This document shows, piece by piece, positions 27,601 through 42,600 of a stretch of DNA of 64,000 nt (positions are counted from its first letter, which is position 1; each line of letters opens with the position of its first letter). Both the position numbers and the translations under genes were made by a program. Where the stretch lies: contig NC_052146.1 of assembly GCF_902713615.1 (NCBI RefSeq), positions 310,326,335-310,390,334 of the forward strand, written 5' to 3'. This stretch comes from Scyliorhinus canicula. Taxonomy: Eukaryota. The notes under the pieces are model-generated. The model was not told where the DNA came from and did not search any database. It saw only the letters and a program-made list of their open reading frames with translations.

Positions 27601-30600
27601 TTTCTTTAACTTCTGCAAGCAGAGACGTTTGATACATCTGAGTGTCTTGTTCAGCTATTTCAGAGAGCAGTTACTATCAATAACATTATTGTGGGTCTGG
27701 AGTCACATACAGGCCAGACTGGGTAAGGATGGCAGATTTACTTCACTGAAGGATATCAGCAAACCAGATGGGTCAATATAACAATCTGATAATTTCATTA
27801 TTACAGTTACTGGGAATAACATTCTTATTGTGAATGTATTTAATTGAATTGAAAATCCTCGGGTGCCCTGGTGGGATTTGACCAATGGAAGAAACAAGAG
27901 CAAGTGTTGGACAGACGACCTTCGACCCTGCTCCAGTATTTAATCTGCTCTTGCCAATCCACTCCATTACCCCCACCCTCTCCCCAACTGCTTTGATTCA
28001 CTCAGGGAACACAAATTGATCAAATTCAGTCCTGAATACACCCAACAACAGGACAGAGCTTCCTGCGATCGAGAATTCCGAAGGTGCACAATTATTTTCC
28101 TCCTTATCTCACGGCCAAGCCCATATTCTGAGATGGTGATCCATAATTTGAAACTCCCCAGCCAGGGGAGGCATCCTCCCACCATCTCCCCTGTCACAAT
28201 CCTCAGGAACTTTCAATGTTTCAGTGAGTTCATCTTTACTTTTTCTCAACTACAGAGATGATAGGATGTGTCTACACAATGGTCAGCCCTCTCTACTCAA
28301 TGATAGGCCCTGTCTACTCAAGGAAAGGCCCTGTCTAGACAATGATAGGCCCTGTCTACTCAATGATAGGCATTGTCTACTCAATGATAGGCCCTGTCTA
28401 CTCAATGATAGGCATTGTCTACTAAATGATAGGCACTGTCTATACAATGATAGGCCCTGTCTACTTAATGATAGGCCCTGTCTACTCAGTGATAGGCCCT
28501 GTCTTCACAATGATAGGCCCTGTCTACTCAATGATAGGCCCTGTCTTCACAATGATAGGCCCTGTCTACTCAATGATAGGCCCTGTCTTCACAATGATAG
28601 GCCCTGTCTACTCAATGATAGGCCCTGTCTACACAATGATAGGCCCTGTCTTCACAATGATAGGCCCTGTCTACTCAATGATAGGCCCTGGGGCAGCAGG
28701 GTAGCATGGTGGTTAGCATAAATGCTTCACAGCTCCAGGGTCCCAGGTTCGATTCCCGGCTGGGTCACTGTCTGTGTGGAGTCTGCACGTCCTCCCCCTG
28801 TGTGCGTGGGTTTCCTCCGGGTGCTCCGGTTTCCTCCCACAGTCCAAAGATGTGCGGGTTAGGTGGATTGGCCATGCTAAATTGCCTGTAGTGTGCTAAT
28901 AAAAAAGTAAGGTTAAGGGGGGGGGGGGGGGTTGTTGGGTTACGGGTATAGGGTGGATACGTGGGTTTGAGTAGGGTGATCATGGCTCGGCACAACATTG
29001 AGGGCCGAAGGGCCTGTTCTGTGCTGTACTGTTCTAATGATATGCTCTGTCTACACAATGGTAGGCCCTGTCTACTCAATGATAGGCCCTGTCTACACAA
29101 TGATAGGCCCTGTCTACACAATGATAGGCCCTGTCTACACAATGATAGGCCCTGTCTACTCAATGATAGGCCCTGTCTACTCAATGATAGGCCCTGTCTA
29201 CACAATGATAGGCCCTGTCTACACAATGATAGGCCCTGTCTACACAATGATAGGCCCTGTCTACTCAATGATAGGCCCTGTCTACACAATGATAGGCCCT
29301 GTCTACTCAATGATAGGCCCTGTCTACTCAATGATAGGCCCTGTCTACTCAATGATAGGCCCTGTCTACACAATGATAGGCCCTGTCTACTCAATGATAG
29401 GCCCTGCCTACTCAATGATAGGCCCTGTCTACACAATGATAGGCCCTGTCTACTCAATGATAGGCCCTGTCTACTCAATGATAGGCCCTGTCTACACAAT
29501 GATAGGCCCTGTCTACTCAATGATAGGCCCTGTCTACACAATGATAGGCCCTGTCTACTCAATGATAGGCCCTGTCTACTCAATGATAGGCCCTGTCTAC
29601 ACAATGATAGGCCCTGTCTACTCAATGATAGGCTCTGTCTACTCAATGATAGGCCCTGTCCACACAATGATAGGCCCTGTCTACTCAATGATAGGCCCTG
29701 TCTACTCAATGATAGGCCCTGTCTACACAATGATAGGCCCTGTCTACTCAATGATAGGCCCTGTCTACTCAATGATAGGCCCTGTCTACACAATGATAGG
29801 CCCTGTCCACTCAAGGAAAGTCCCTCTATACACAATGATAGGCCCTGACTACACAATGATAGGCCCTGTCTACTCAATGATAGGCCCTGTCTACACAATG
29901 ATAGGCCCTGTCTACTCAATGATAGGCCCTGCCTACTCAATGATAGGCCCTGTCTACAAAATGATCGGCCCTGTCTACTCAATGATAGGCCCTGTCTACA
30001 CAATGATAGGCCCTGTCTACTCAATGATATGCTCTGCCTACTCAATGATAGGCCCTGTCTACACAATGATAGGCCCTGTCCACTCAAGGAAAGTCCCTGT
30101 ATACACAATGATAGGCCCTGACTACACAATGATAGGCCCTGTCTACTCAATGATAGGCCCTGTCTACACAATGATCGGCCCTGTCTACACAATGATAGGC
30201 CCTGTCTACTCAATGATAGGCCCTGTCTACACAATGATAGGCCCTGTCTACACAATGAAACGCCCTGTCTACACAATGACAGGCCCTGTCTACACAATGA
30301 TAGGCCCTGTCTACTCAATGATAGGCCCTGTCTACTCAATGATAGGCCCTGTCTCCACAATGATAGGCCCTGTCTACACAATGATAGGCCCAGTCTACAC
30401 AATGATAGGCCCTGTCTACTCAATGATAGGCCCTGTCTACACAATGATAGGCCCTGTCTACTCAATGATAGGCCCTGTCAACTCAATGATAGGCCCTGCC
30501 TACTCAATGATAGGCCCTGTCTACACAATGATAGGCCCTGTCTACTCAATGATAGGCCCTGCCAACTCAATGATAGGCCCTGTCTACACAATGATAGGCC

Positions 30601-33600
30601 CTGTCTACTCAATGATAGGCTCTGTCTACTCAATGATAGGCCCTGTCTACACAATGATAGGCCCTGTCTACTCAATGATAGGCCCTGTCTACACAATGAT
30701 AGGCCCTGTCTACTCAATGATAGGCCCTGTCTACTCAATGATAGGCCCTGTCTACACAATGATAGGCCCTGTCTACTCAATGATAGGCCCTGTCTACTCA
30801 ATGATAGGCCCTGTCCACACAATGATAGGCCCTGTCTACGCAATGATCGGCCCTGTCTACTCAATGATAGGCCCTGTCTACACAATGATCGGCCCTGTCT
30901 ACTCAATGATAGGCTCTGCCTACTCAATGATAGGCCCTGTCTACACAATGATAGGCCCTGTCCACTCAAGGAAAGTCCCTCTATACACAATGATAGGCCC
31001 TGACTACACAATGATAGGCCCTGTCTACTCAATGATAGGCCCTGTCTACACAATGATAGGCCCTGTCTACTCAACGATAGGCCCTGCCTACTCAATGATA
31101 GGCCCTGTCTACAAAATGATCGGCCCTGTCTACTCAATGATAGGCCCTGTCTACACAATGATAGGCCCTGTCTACTCAATGATATGCTCTGCCTACTCAA
31201 TGATAGGCCCTGTCTACACAATGATAGGCCCTGTCCACTCAAGGAAAGTCCCTGTATACACAATGATAGGCCCTGACTACACAATGATAGGCCCTGTCTA
31301 CTCAATGATAGGCCCTGTCTACACAATGATCGGCCCTGTCTACACAATGATAGGCCCTGTCTACTCAATGATAGGCCCTGTCTACACAATGATAGGCCCT
31401 GTCTACACAATGATAGGCCCTGTCCACTCAATGATAGGCCCTGTCTACTCAATGATAGGCCCTGTCTACACAATGATAGGCCCTGTCCAGTCAATGATAG
31501 GCCCTGCCTACTCAATGATAGGCCCTGTCTACACAATGATAGGCCGTGTCTACTCAAGGAAAGTCCCTGTATACACAATGATAGGCCCTGACTACACAAT
31601 GATAGGCCCTGTCTACTCAATGATAGGCCCTGTCTACTCAATGATAGGCCCTGTCTACACAATGATAGGCCCTGTCTACACAATGGTAGGCCCTGTCCAC
31701 TCAATGATAGGCACTGTCTACTCAATGATAGACCCTGTCTATTCAATGATAGGCTCTGTCTACACAATGATAGGCCCTGTCTACTCAATGATAGGCCCTT
31801 TCTACACAATGATAGGCCCGGTCTACACAATGATAGGCCCTGTCCACTCATTGATAGGCTCTGTCCACTCAATGATAATCCCTGTCTACTCAATGATAGG
31901 CCAAGTCTACTCAATGATAGGCCCTGACTACTAAATGATAGGTCCTGTTGACACAATGATCAGATCTGTATACTGAATGATAGGCCCTGTCTACTCAATG
32001 ATAGGCCTTTTCTACACAATGATAGACTCTGTCCACTCAACGATAGGCCCTGTCCACTCAATGATAGGCCCTATCCACAGAAGGATAGGCCATGTCAACA
32101 CAATGGTAGGCCCTGTCTACTAAATGATAGGCCCTGTCTACTCAATGGTAGGCCCTGTCTACATAATGGTAGGCCCTGTCTACTCAATGATAGGCCCTGT
32201 CTACACAATGATAGTCCCTGTCTTCACAATGATAGGCCCTGTCTACACAATGATAGGCCCAGTCAACTCAATGATATGCCCTGTTGACACAATGATCAGC
32301 TCTGTATACTCAATGATAGGCCCTGTCTACTCAATAATAGGCCCTGACTACTCAATAATAGGCCCTGTTGACACAATGATCAGCTCTGTATACTCAATGA
32401 TAGGCCCTGTCTACTCAATAATAGGCCCTGTCCACTCAATGTTATGCCCTGTCTACTCAAAGATAGGCCCTGTCTACACAATGATAGGCCCTGTACACGC
32501 AATGATAGGCCCTGTCTACTCAATGATCGGCCCTGTCTTCACAAGGATAGGCCGTGTCCACTCAATGTTATGCCCTGTCTACTCAAAGATAGGCCCTGTC
32601 TACACAATGATAGGCCCTGTACACGCAATGATAGGCCCTGTCTACTCAATGATCGGCCCTGTCTTCACAAGGATAGGCCGTGTCTACTCACGGATAGGCC
32701 CACCAGACAATGATAGGCCCTGTCCACTAAACAATAGGCTCTGTCCACTCAATGATAGGCCCTGTCTACTCAATGATAGGCCCTGTCTACACAATGATAG
32801 GCCCTGTCCGCTCAATGATAGGCCCTATCCACAGAAGGATAGGCCCTGTCTACACAATGGTAGACCCTGTCTACTCAATGATAGGCCCTGTCTACACAAT
32901 GGTAGGCCCTGACTACACAATGATAGGCCCACTCTACACAATGATAGACCCTGTCTATTCAATGATAGGCCCTGTCTACTCAATGATAGGCCCGGTCTAC
33001 ACAATTATAGGCTCTGTCCACTCATTGATAGGCTCTGTCCACTCAATGATAATCCCTGTCTACTCAATGATAGGCCCTCTCTACTAAATGATAGGCCCTG
33101 TTGACACAATGATCAGATCTGTATACTGAATGATAGGCCCTGTCTACTCAATGATAGTCCCTTTCTACACAATGATAGAACCTGTCTACTCAATGATTGG
33201 CCCTGTCTATTCAATGATAGGCCCTTTCTACACAATGATAGACCCTGTCTACTCAATGATAGGCCCTGTCTACACAATGATAGGCCCTGTCTACTCAATG
33301 ATTGGCCCTGTCTACACAATGATATGCCCTGTCTACTCAATGATAGGCCCTGTCTACTCAATGATAGTCCCTTTCTACACAATGATAGAACCTGTCTACT
33401 CAATGATAGTCCCTGTATACACAATGATAGGCCCTGTATACACAATGATAGGCCCTGTCTACACAATGATATGCCCTGTCTACTCAATGATAGTCCCTGT
33501 ATGCACAATGATAGGCCCTGTCTACTCAATGATAGGCCTACCTACACAATGATAGGCCCTGTCCACTAAACAATAGGCCGTGTCCACTCAATGATAGGCC

Positions 33601-36600
33601 CTGTCTACTCAATGATAGGGTCTGTCTACACAATGATAAGCCCTGTCCGCTCAATTATAGGCCCTCTCTACTCAATGATAGGCCCTGTCTACACAATGGT
33701 AGGCCCTGTCTACTCAATGATAGGCCCTGTCTACTCAAGGAAAGGCCCTGTCTAGACAATGATAGGCCCTGTCTACTCAATGATAGGCATTGTCTACTCA
33801 ATGATAGGCCCTGTCTACTCAATGATAGGCATTGTCTACTAAATGATAGGCACTGTCTATACAATGATAGGCCCTGTCTACTTAATGATAGGCCCTGTCT
33901 ACTCAGTGATAGGCCCTGTCTTCACAATGATAGGCCCTGTCTACTCAATGATAGGCCCTGTCTTCACAATGATAGGCCCTGTCTACTCAATGATAGGCCC
34001 TGTCTTCACAATGATAGGCCCTGTCTACTCAATGATAGGCCCTGTCTACACAATGATAGGCCCTGTCTTCACAATGATAGGCCCTGTCTACTCAATGATA
34101 GGCCCTGGGGCAGCAGGGTAGCATGGTGGTTCGCATAAATGCTTCACAGCTCCAGGGTCCCAGGTTCGATTCCCGGCTGGGTCACTGTCTGTGTGGAGTC
34201 TGCACGTCCTCCCCCTGTGTGCGTGGGTTTCCTCCGGGTGCTCCGGTTTCCTCCCACAGTCCAAAGATGTGCGGGTTAGGTGGATTGGCCATGCTAAATT
34301 GCCTGTAGTGTGCTAATAAAAAAGTAAGGTTAAGGGGGGGGGGGGGGGGGGGGGGGTTGTTGGGTTACGGGTATAGGGTGGATACGTGGGTTTGAGTAGG
34401 GTGATCATGGCTCGGCACAACATTGAGGGCCGAAGGGCCTGTTCTGTGCTGTACTGTTCTAATGATATGCTCTGTCTACACAATGGTAGGCCCTGTCTAC
34501 TCAATGATAGGCCCTGTCTACACAATGAAACGCCCTGTCTACACAATGACAGGCCCTGTCTACACAATGATAGGCCCTGTCTACTCAATGATAGGCCCTG
34601 TCTACTCAATGATAGGCCCTGTCTCCACAATGATAGGCCCTGTCTACACAATGATAGGCCCTGTCTACACAATGATAGGCCCTGTCTACTCAATGATAGG
34701 CCCTGTCTACACAATGATAGGCCCTGTCTACTCAATGATAGGCCCTGTCAACTCAATGATAGGCCCTGCCAACTCAATGATAGGCCCTGTCTACACAATG
34801 ATAGGCCCTGTCTACTCAATGATAGGTCCTGCCAACTCAATGATAGGCCCTGTCTACACAATGATAGGCCCTGTCTATTCAATGATAGGCTCTGTCTACT
34901 CAATGATAGGCCCTGTCTACACAATGATAGGCCCTGTCTACTCAATGATAGGCCCTGTCTACACAATGATAGGCCCTGTCTACTCAATGATAGGCCCTGT
35001 CAACTCAATGATAGGCCCTGTCTACACAATGATAGGCCCTGTCTACTCAATGATAGGCTCTGTCTACTCAATGATAGGCCCTGTCCACACAATGATAGGC
35101 CCTGTCTACGCAATGATCGGCCCTGTCTACTCAATGATAGGCCCTGTCTACACAATGATCGGCCCTGTCTACTCAATGATAGGCTCTGCCTACTCAATGA
35201 TAGGCCCTGTCTACACAATGATAGGCCCTGTCCACTCAAGGAAAGTCCCTCTATACACAATGATAGGCCCTGACTACACAATGATAGGCCCTGTCTACTC
35301 AATGATAGGCCCTGTCTACACAATTATAGGCCCTGTCTACTCAATGATAGGCCCTGCCTACTCAATGATAGGCCCTGTCTACAAAATGATCGGCCCTGTC
35401 TACTCAATGATAGGCCCTGTCTACACAATGATAGGCCCTGTCTACTCAATGATATGCTCTGCCTACTCAATGATAGGCCCTGTCTACACAATGATAGGCC
35501 CTGTCCACTCAAGGAAAGTCCCTGTATACACAATGATAGGCCCTGACTACACAATGATAGGCCCTGTCTACTCAATGATAGGCCCTGTCTACACAATGAT
35601 CGGCCCTGTCTACACAATGATAGGCCCTGTCTACTCAATGATAGACCCTGTCTACACAATGATAGGCCCTGTCTACACAATGGTAGGCCCTGTCCACTCA
35701 ATGATAGGCCCTGTCTACTCAATGATAGGCCCTGTCTACACAATGATAGGCCCTGTCCAGTCAATGATAGGCCCTGCCTACTCAATGATAGGCCCTGTCT
35801 ACACAATGATAGGCCCTGTCTACTCAATGATAGGCTCTGCCTACTCAATGATAGGCCCTGTCTACACAATGATAGGCCGTGTCTACTCAAGGAAAGTCCC
35901 TGTATACACAATGATAGGCCCTGACTACACAATGATAGGCCCTGTCTACTCAATGATAGGCCCTGTCTACTCAATGATAGGCCCTGTCTACACAATGATA
36001 GGCCCTGTCTACACAATGGTAGGCCCTGTCCACTCAACGATAGGCACTGTCTACTCAATGATAGACCCTGTCTATTCAATGATAGGCTCTGTCTACACAA
36101 TGATAGGCCCTGTCTACTCAATGATAGGCCCTTTCTACACAATGATAGGCCCGGTCTACACAATGATAGGCCCTGTCCACTCATTGATAGGCTCTGTCCA
36201 CTCAATGATAATCCCTGTCTACTCAATGATAGGCCAAGTCTACTCAATGATAGGCCCTGACTACTAAATGATAGGTCCTGTTGACACAATGATCAGATCT
36301 GTATACTGAATGATAGGCCCTGTCTACTCAATGATAGGCCTTTTCTACACAATGATAGACTCTGTCCACTCAACGATAGGCCCTGTCCACTCAATGATAG
36401 GCCCTATCCACAGAAGGATAGGCCATGTCAACACAATGGTAGGCCCTGTCTACTAAATGATAGGCCCTGTCTACACAATGATAGTCCCTGTCTTCACAAT
36501 GATAGGCCCTGTCTACACAATGATAGGCCCAGTCAACTCAATGATATGCCCTGTTGACACAATGATCAGCTCTGTATACTCAATGATAGGCCCTGTCTAC

Positions 36601-39600
36601 TCAATAATAGGCCCTGACTACTCAATAATAGGCCCTGTTGACACAATGATCAGCTCTGTATACTCAATGATAGGCCCTGTCTACTCAATAATAGGCCCTG
36701 TCTACTCAATGATAGGCCCTGTCTACTCAATGAAAGGCGCTTTGTACACAATGATAGGCCCTGTATACGCAATGATAGGCCCTGTCTACACAATGATAGG
36801 CCCTGTCTACTCAATGATAGGCCCTGTCTACTCAATGATAGGCCCTGTCTACACAATGATAGGCCCTGTCCACTCAAGGATAGGCCCTGTCCACTCAATG
36901 TTATGCCCTGTCTACACAATGATAGGCCCTGTATACGCAATGATAGGCCCTGTCTACACAATGATAGGCCCTGTCTTCACATGGATAGGCCCTGTCCACT
37001 CAATGTTATGCCCTGTCTACTCAAAGATAGGCCCTGTCTACACAATGATAGGCCCTGTACACGCAATGATAGGCCCTGTCTACTCAATGATCGGCCCTGT
37101 CTTCACAAGGATAGGCCGTGTCTACTCACGGATAGGCCCACCAGACAATGATAGGCCCTGTCCACTAAACAATAGGCTCTGTCCACTCAATGATAGGCCC
37201 TGTCTACTCAATGATAGGCCCTGTCTACACAATGATAGGCCCTGTCCGCTCAATGATAGGCCCTATCCACAGAAGGATAGGCCCTGTCTACACAATGGTA
37301 GGCCCTGTCTACTCAATGATAGGCCCTGTCTACACAATGATAGGCCCTGTCTACACAATGATAGGCCCTCTCTACACAATGATAGGCCCTGTCTATTCAA
37401 TGATAGGCCCTGTCTACTCAATGATAGGCCCGGACTACACAATGATAGGCCCTATCCACTCATTGATAGGCCCTGTCCACTCAATGATAGGCCCTGTCTA
37501 CACAATGATAGGCCCTGTCTACTCAATGATAGGCCCTGTTGACACAATGATCAGATCTGTATACTGAATGATAGGCCCTGTCTACTCAATGATAGTCCCT
37601 TTCTACACAATGATAGAACCTGTCTACTCAATGATTGGCCCTGTCTATTCAATGATAGGCCCTTTCTACACAATGATAGACCCTGTCTACTCAATGATAG
37701 GTCCTGTCTACACAATGATAGGCCCTGTCTACTCAATGATTGGCCCTGTCTACACAATGATATGCCCTGTCTACTCAATGATAGGCCCTGTCTACTCAAT
37801 GATAGTCCCTTTCTACACAATGATAGAACCTGTCTACTCAATGATAGTCCCTGTATACACAATGATAGGCCCTGTATACACAATGATAGGCCCTGTCTAC
37901 ACAATGATATGCCCTGTCTACTCAATGATAGTCCCTGTATACACAATGATAGGCCCTGTCTACTCAATGATAGGCCTACCTACACAATGATAGGCCCTGT
38001 CCACTAAACAATAGGCCGTGTCCACTCAATGATAGGCCCTGTCTACTCAATGATAGGGTCTGTCTACACAATGATAAGCCCTGTCCGCTCAATTATAGGC
38101 CCTCTCTACTCAATGATAGGCCCTGTCTACACAATGGTAGGCCCTGTCTACTCAATGATAGGCCCTGTCTACTCAATGATAGGCCCTGTCAACACAATGA
38201 TAGGCCCTGTCTATTCAATGATAGGCCCTGTCTACACAATGATAGGCCCTGTCTACTCAATGATCGGCCCTGTCTACTCAATGATCGGCCCTGTCTACTC
38301 AATGATAGACCCTGTCTACAAAATGATAGGCCCTGTCTGCATAACGATAGGCCCTGTCCACTCAATGATAGGCCCTGTCTACTCAATGATAGGCCCTGTC
38401 TGCACAATGATAATCCCTGTCCACGCAATGATAGGCCCTGTCTACTCAATGATAGGCCCACCTACACAATGATAGGCCTTGTCCACTAAACAATAGGCCC
38501 TGTCCGATCAATGATAGGCCCTGTCTACACAATGATAGGCCCTGTTTACTCAATGATAGGCCCTGTCTACTCAATGATAGGCCCTGTCTACTCAATGATA
38601 GGCCCTGTCTACACAATGATAGGCCCTGTCCGCTCAATGATAGGCCCTATCCACAGAAGGATAGGCCCTGTCTACACAATGGTAGGCCCTGTCTACTCAA
38701 TGATAGGCCCTGTCTACACAATGGTAGGCCCTGACTACACAATGATAGGCCCACTCTACACAATGATAGACCCTGTCTATTCAATGATAGGCCCTGTCTA
38801 CTCAATGATAGGCCCGGTCTACACAATTATAGGCTCTGTCCACTCATTGATAGGCTCTGTCCACTCAATGATAATCCCTGTCTACTCAATGATAGGCCCT
38901 CTCTACTAAATGATAGGCCCTGTTGACACAATGATCAGATCTGTATACTGAATGATAGGCCCTGTCTACTCAATGATAGTCCCTTTCTACACAATGATAG
39001 AACCTGTCTACTCAATGATTGGCCCTGTCTATTCAATGATAGGTCCTGTCTACACAATGATAGGCCCTGTCTACTCAATGATTGGCCCTGTCTACACAAT
39101 GATATGCCCTGTCTACTCAATGATAGGCCCTGTCTACTCAATGATAGTCCCTTTCTACACAATGATAGAACCTGTCTACTCAATGATAGTCCCTGTATAC
39201 ACAATGATAGGCCCTGTATACACAATGATAGGCCCTGTCTACACAATGATATGCCCTGTCTACTCAATGATAGTCCCTGTATACACAATGATAGGCCCTG
39301 TCTACTCAATGATAGGCCTACCTACACAATGATAGGCCCTGTCCACTAAACAATAGGCCGTGTCCACTCAATGATAGGCCCTGTCTACTCAATGATAGGG
39401 TCTGTCTACACAATGATAAGCCCTGTCCGCTCAATTATAGGCCCTCTCTACTCAATGATAGGCCCTGTCTACACAATGGTAGGCCCTGTCTACTCAATGA
39501 TAGGCCCTGTCTACTCAATGATGGGCCCTGTCAACACAATGATAGGCCCTGTCTATTCAATGATAGGCCCTGTCTACACAATGGTAGGCCCTGTCTACTC

Positions 39601-42600
39601 AATGATCGGCCCTGTCTACTCAATGATCGGCCCTGTCTACTCAATGATAGACCCTGTCTACAAAATGATAGGCCCTGTCTGCATAACGATAGGCCCTGTC
39701 CACTCAATGATAGGCCCTGTCTTCTCAATGATAGGCCCTGTCTACACAATGATAATCCCTGTCCACGCAATGATAGGCCCTGTCTACTCAATGATAGGCC
39801 CACCTACACAATGATAGGCCTTGTCCACTAAACAATAGGCCCTGTCCGCTCAATGATAGGCCCTGTCTACACAATGATAGGCCCTGTTTACTCAATGATA
39901 GGCCCTGTCTACTCAATGATAGGCCCAGTCTACACAATGGTAGGCCCTGTCGTCTCAATGATAGGCCCTGTCTACACAATGATAGGCCCTGTCTACACAA
40001 TGATAGGCCCTGTCTACACAATGATAGGCCCTTTCTACTCAATGATAGGCCCTATCTACTTAATGATAGGCCCTGTCTACACAATGATAGGCCTTGTCTA
40101 CTCAATGATTGACCCTGTCTACACAATGTTAGGCCCTGTCTACTCAATGATAGGCCCTGTCTACTCAATGATAGGCCCTGCCTACTCAATGATAGGCCCT
40201 GTCTACACAATGATAGGCCAGGCTTACACAATGATAGGCCCTGTCTACTCAATGATAGGCCCTGTCTACTCAATGATAGGCCCTGCCTACTCAATGATAG
40301 GCCCTGTCCACTCATTGATAGGCCCTGTCTATTCAATGATAGGCCCTGTCTAATCAATGATAGGCTCTGTCTACTCAATGATAGGCCCTGTCTACTCAAT
40401 GATAGGCCCTGTCTACTCAATGATAGGCCCTGTCTACTCAATGATAGGCCCTGTCTAATCAATGATAGGCTCTGTCTACTCAATGATAGGCCCTGTCTAC
40501 TCAATGATAGGCCCTGTCTACTCAATGATCAGGAAAGTACGGTGATTGTTTAATTTCAGCTGTGAGGATAATTTCCAGATTCTGATCCATGCGGATCTGT
40601 AATTCACGCTCCCGAAACATCTTTTGGGAAGTGCTATTAATGTAGATTACATTGATTTTAGAAAGACACATGGCAGAACAAGCAGTTAATCAGAAAGACC
40701 CAAGATTATGCTTCATAAAATCATAGAATCCGTCCAGCGCAGATGGAGGCCATTTCGCCCATCAAGTCTGCACCGACCCTTCAAATGAGAACTCTACTCC
40801 TGTCCAATCCTATCCCCATAACCTAATTGTCCTTCCTTAATTGTCCTTGAGGTGATGGTGGTGAGCTGCCTTTTTGAACCCGCTGCCGTGCCTGTAATGT
40901 AGGTACATCCACATAGAAGTTAGAGAGGAAGCTCCAGGATTTTGACCCAGCGACAGTGAAGGAACAGATACATTTCCAATCAGGATGATGAGTGATTTGG
41001 AAAGTCAGGATGGTGAGTGATTTGGAAAGTTAGGATGGTGAGTGCCTTGGAGGGCAGCTTGCAGATTCTGTTGTTTCCAAGTGTCTGCTGCCTTTGTCCT
41101 TCTAGATGGTAGAGTTTTGAAATTGCTGCCAAAGGAGGCTTGATGAGTTTCAGCAGTGTATCTTCTATTGTGATCCTGGACCACACTCTCACAGTGGCTG
41201 GGACATGGGACAGAACCCCCAATGTTTTATTTAAATTGTGTAAGAGTGTGAGGAAAGGACACCTCACTCCAGGAGGGATTTCATGAAGAAATAGGGACAT
41301 ATTAAACAAACCTCATTACTAACACAGTATTAAAATCTCTTTCACATCAGACCAGAAAATAGTTTACAATTACCCCTTAAACAATACTACTCAATACAGT
41401 GAATACAGTAACCCTTAACTGCTATCTTTTTTCCCACTCAAACAACAAGAAAAAAAACATCTCAGCTCTCAATCTACGTTCATCACCTTTAGCTCTCAGG
41501 AATACCTGCTTTACAGGTATGTACTGTGATAAAGGTGTCTTGACACTGCTTTAAAGGTAAGATCTGACTCCTGTCAGACCCATGCAGAAACTCTGGCTCA
41601 ATCTCTTCAGAAGCTGTTTCAGCTGGTTTTTTCACCTTCCAACTGCACTGCTCTCTGCCTGCAGACTTATCTTTTAACTGAACTGCAGAGAGCAAACTGC
41701 TTAACTTCTGGTCACAGCTTCAGCTCGAACTCCACTGACCTGCATTCCCTGCAAAATGTCTGATACCTCAGCTCCACCCAGTAACGACATCATCTTTTCA
41801 AGCTGAAATCTAATGACCTCCACAGGGAACCTCCTTCATCCAAACAAAACTGCATTAGCCCAAGCTTTTTGCAATGATTTAATTGCAGCCCTGGCTCCCA
41901 AAACCTGTGTTACCTTTCAAACGATGATTTATTTTGAAACATGCTGACAGCAGTCACACATTCTATCCCAGGCTTATAACCCTTACTCCACCAAGTACAT
42001 ATAATACAATATATCAGAAATTCCTACATTCGTCACACTTGTAGATGGTACACACAGCTGTTACATGCTTTGATGGTGGAGGGACTGAATGTTTAAGGAG
42101 GTGGATGGGGTGCCGATCAAGTGCGCTGTTTTGTCCTGGATGGTGTTGAGCCAATTTTGTGTTGTTGGAGCTGCAGTCATTCAGACAAGTGGAGAGCATT
42201 ACTCTCCTGACTGGATGGTGGACAGGCTTTGGAGAATCAGGAGGTGAGTTACTTGCTGCAGGATTCCTCGCCTCTGACCTGCTCTTGTAGCCACAGTATT
42301 TATATGTTTAATCCAGTTCAGTTTCTGGTTAAGGGTAACCCCCAGGATGTTGATACTGAAGGATTCAGCGATGGTAATGTCTTTGACTGTCAAGGGATGA
42401 TGTTTAGATTCTCTTTTGTTGAAGATGATCATTGCCTGGCACTTGAGTATTATGAACGTTGTTTTCAACTTGTAAAGCTACCCTGAATGTTGTGCAGGTC
42501 TTTATGCATAGGGAGTCAAAGTGCTTCAGTATCTGAGGAGTTGTGAATGGTGTTGAACATTGTGCAGTCATTGGCGAAATCCCCACTTCTGACCTTACGA

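Larger units (their letters stand above)
28255..40530 (+). repeat. 12.3-kb 21-bp satellite (AATGATAGGCCCTGTCTAC[T/A]C)n with higher-order duplications, in the D3-D4 intron
   Basis: Hundreds of directly visible 21-bp units. They generate the MIGPVYS / NDRPCLH / RQGLSLS pseudo-ORFs. Confidence 0.97.

Noticed and set aside
5861-34462. tRNA genes suggested by GGTTCGATTCC B-boxes
   Set aside because: All are SINE heads continuing into SINE cores; no cloverleaf with a proper 3' acceptor stem.
28224-40525. Very long ORFs (978, 614, 566, 492 aa; MIGPVYS / NDRPCLH / RQGLSLS repeats)
   Set aside because: They are translations of a 21-bp satellite whose unit is a multiple of 3 and lacks stops in several frames on both strands; there is no protein-like complexity.
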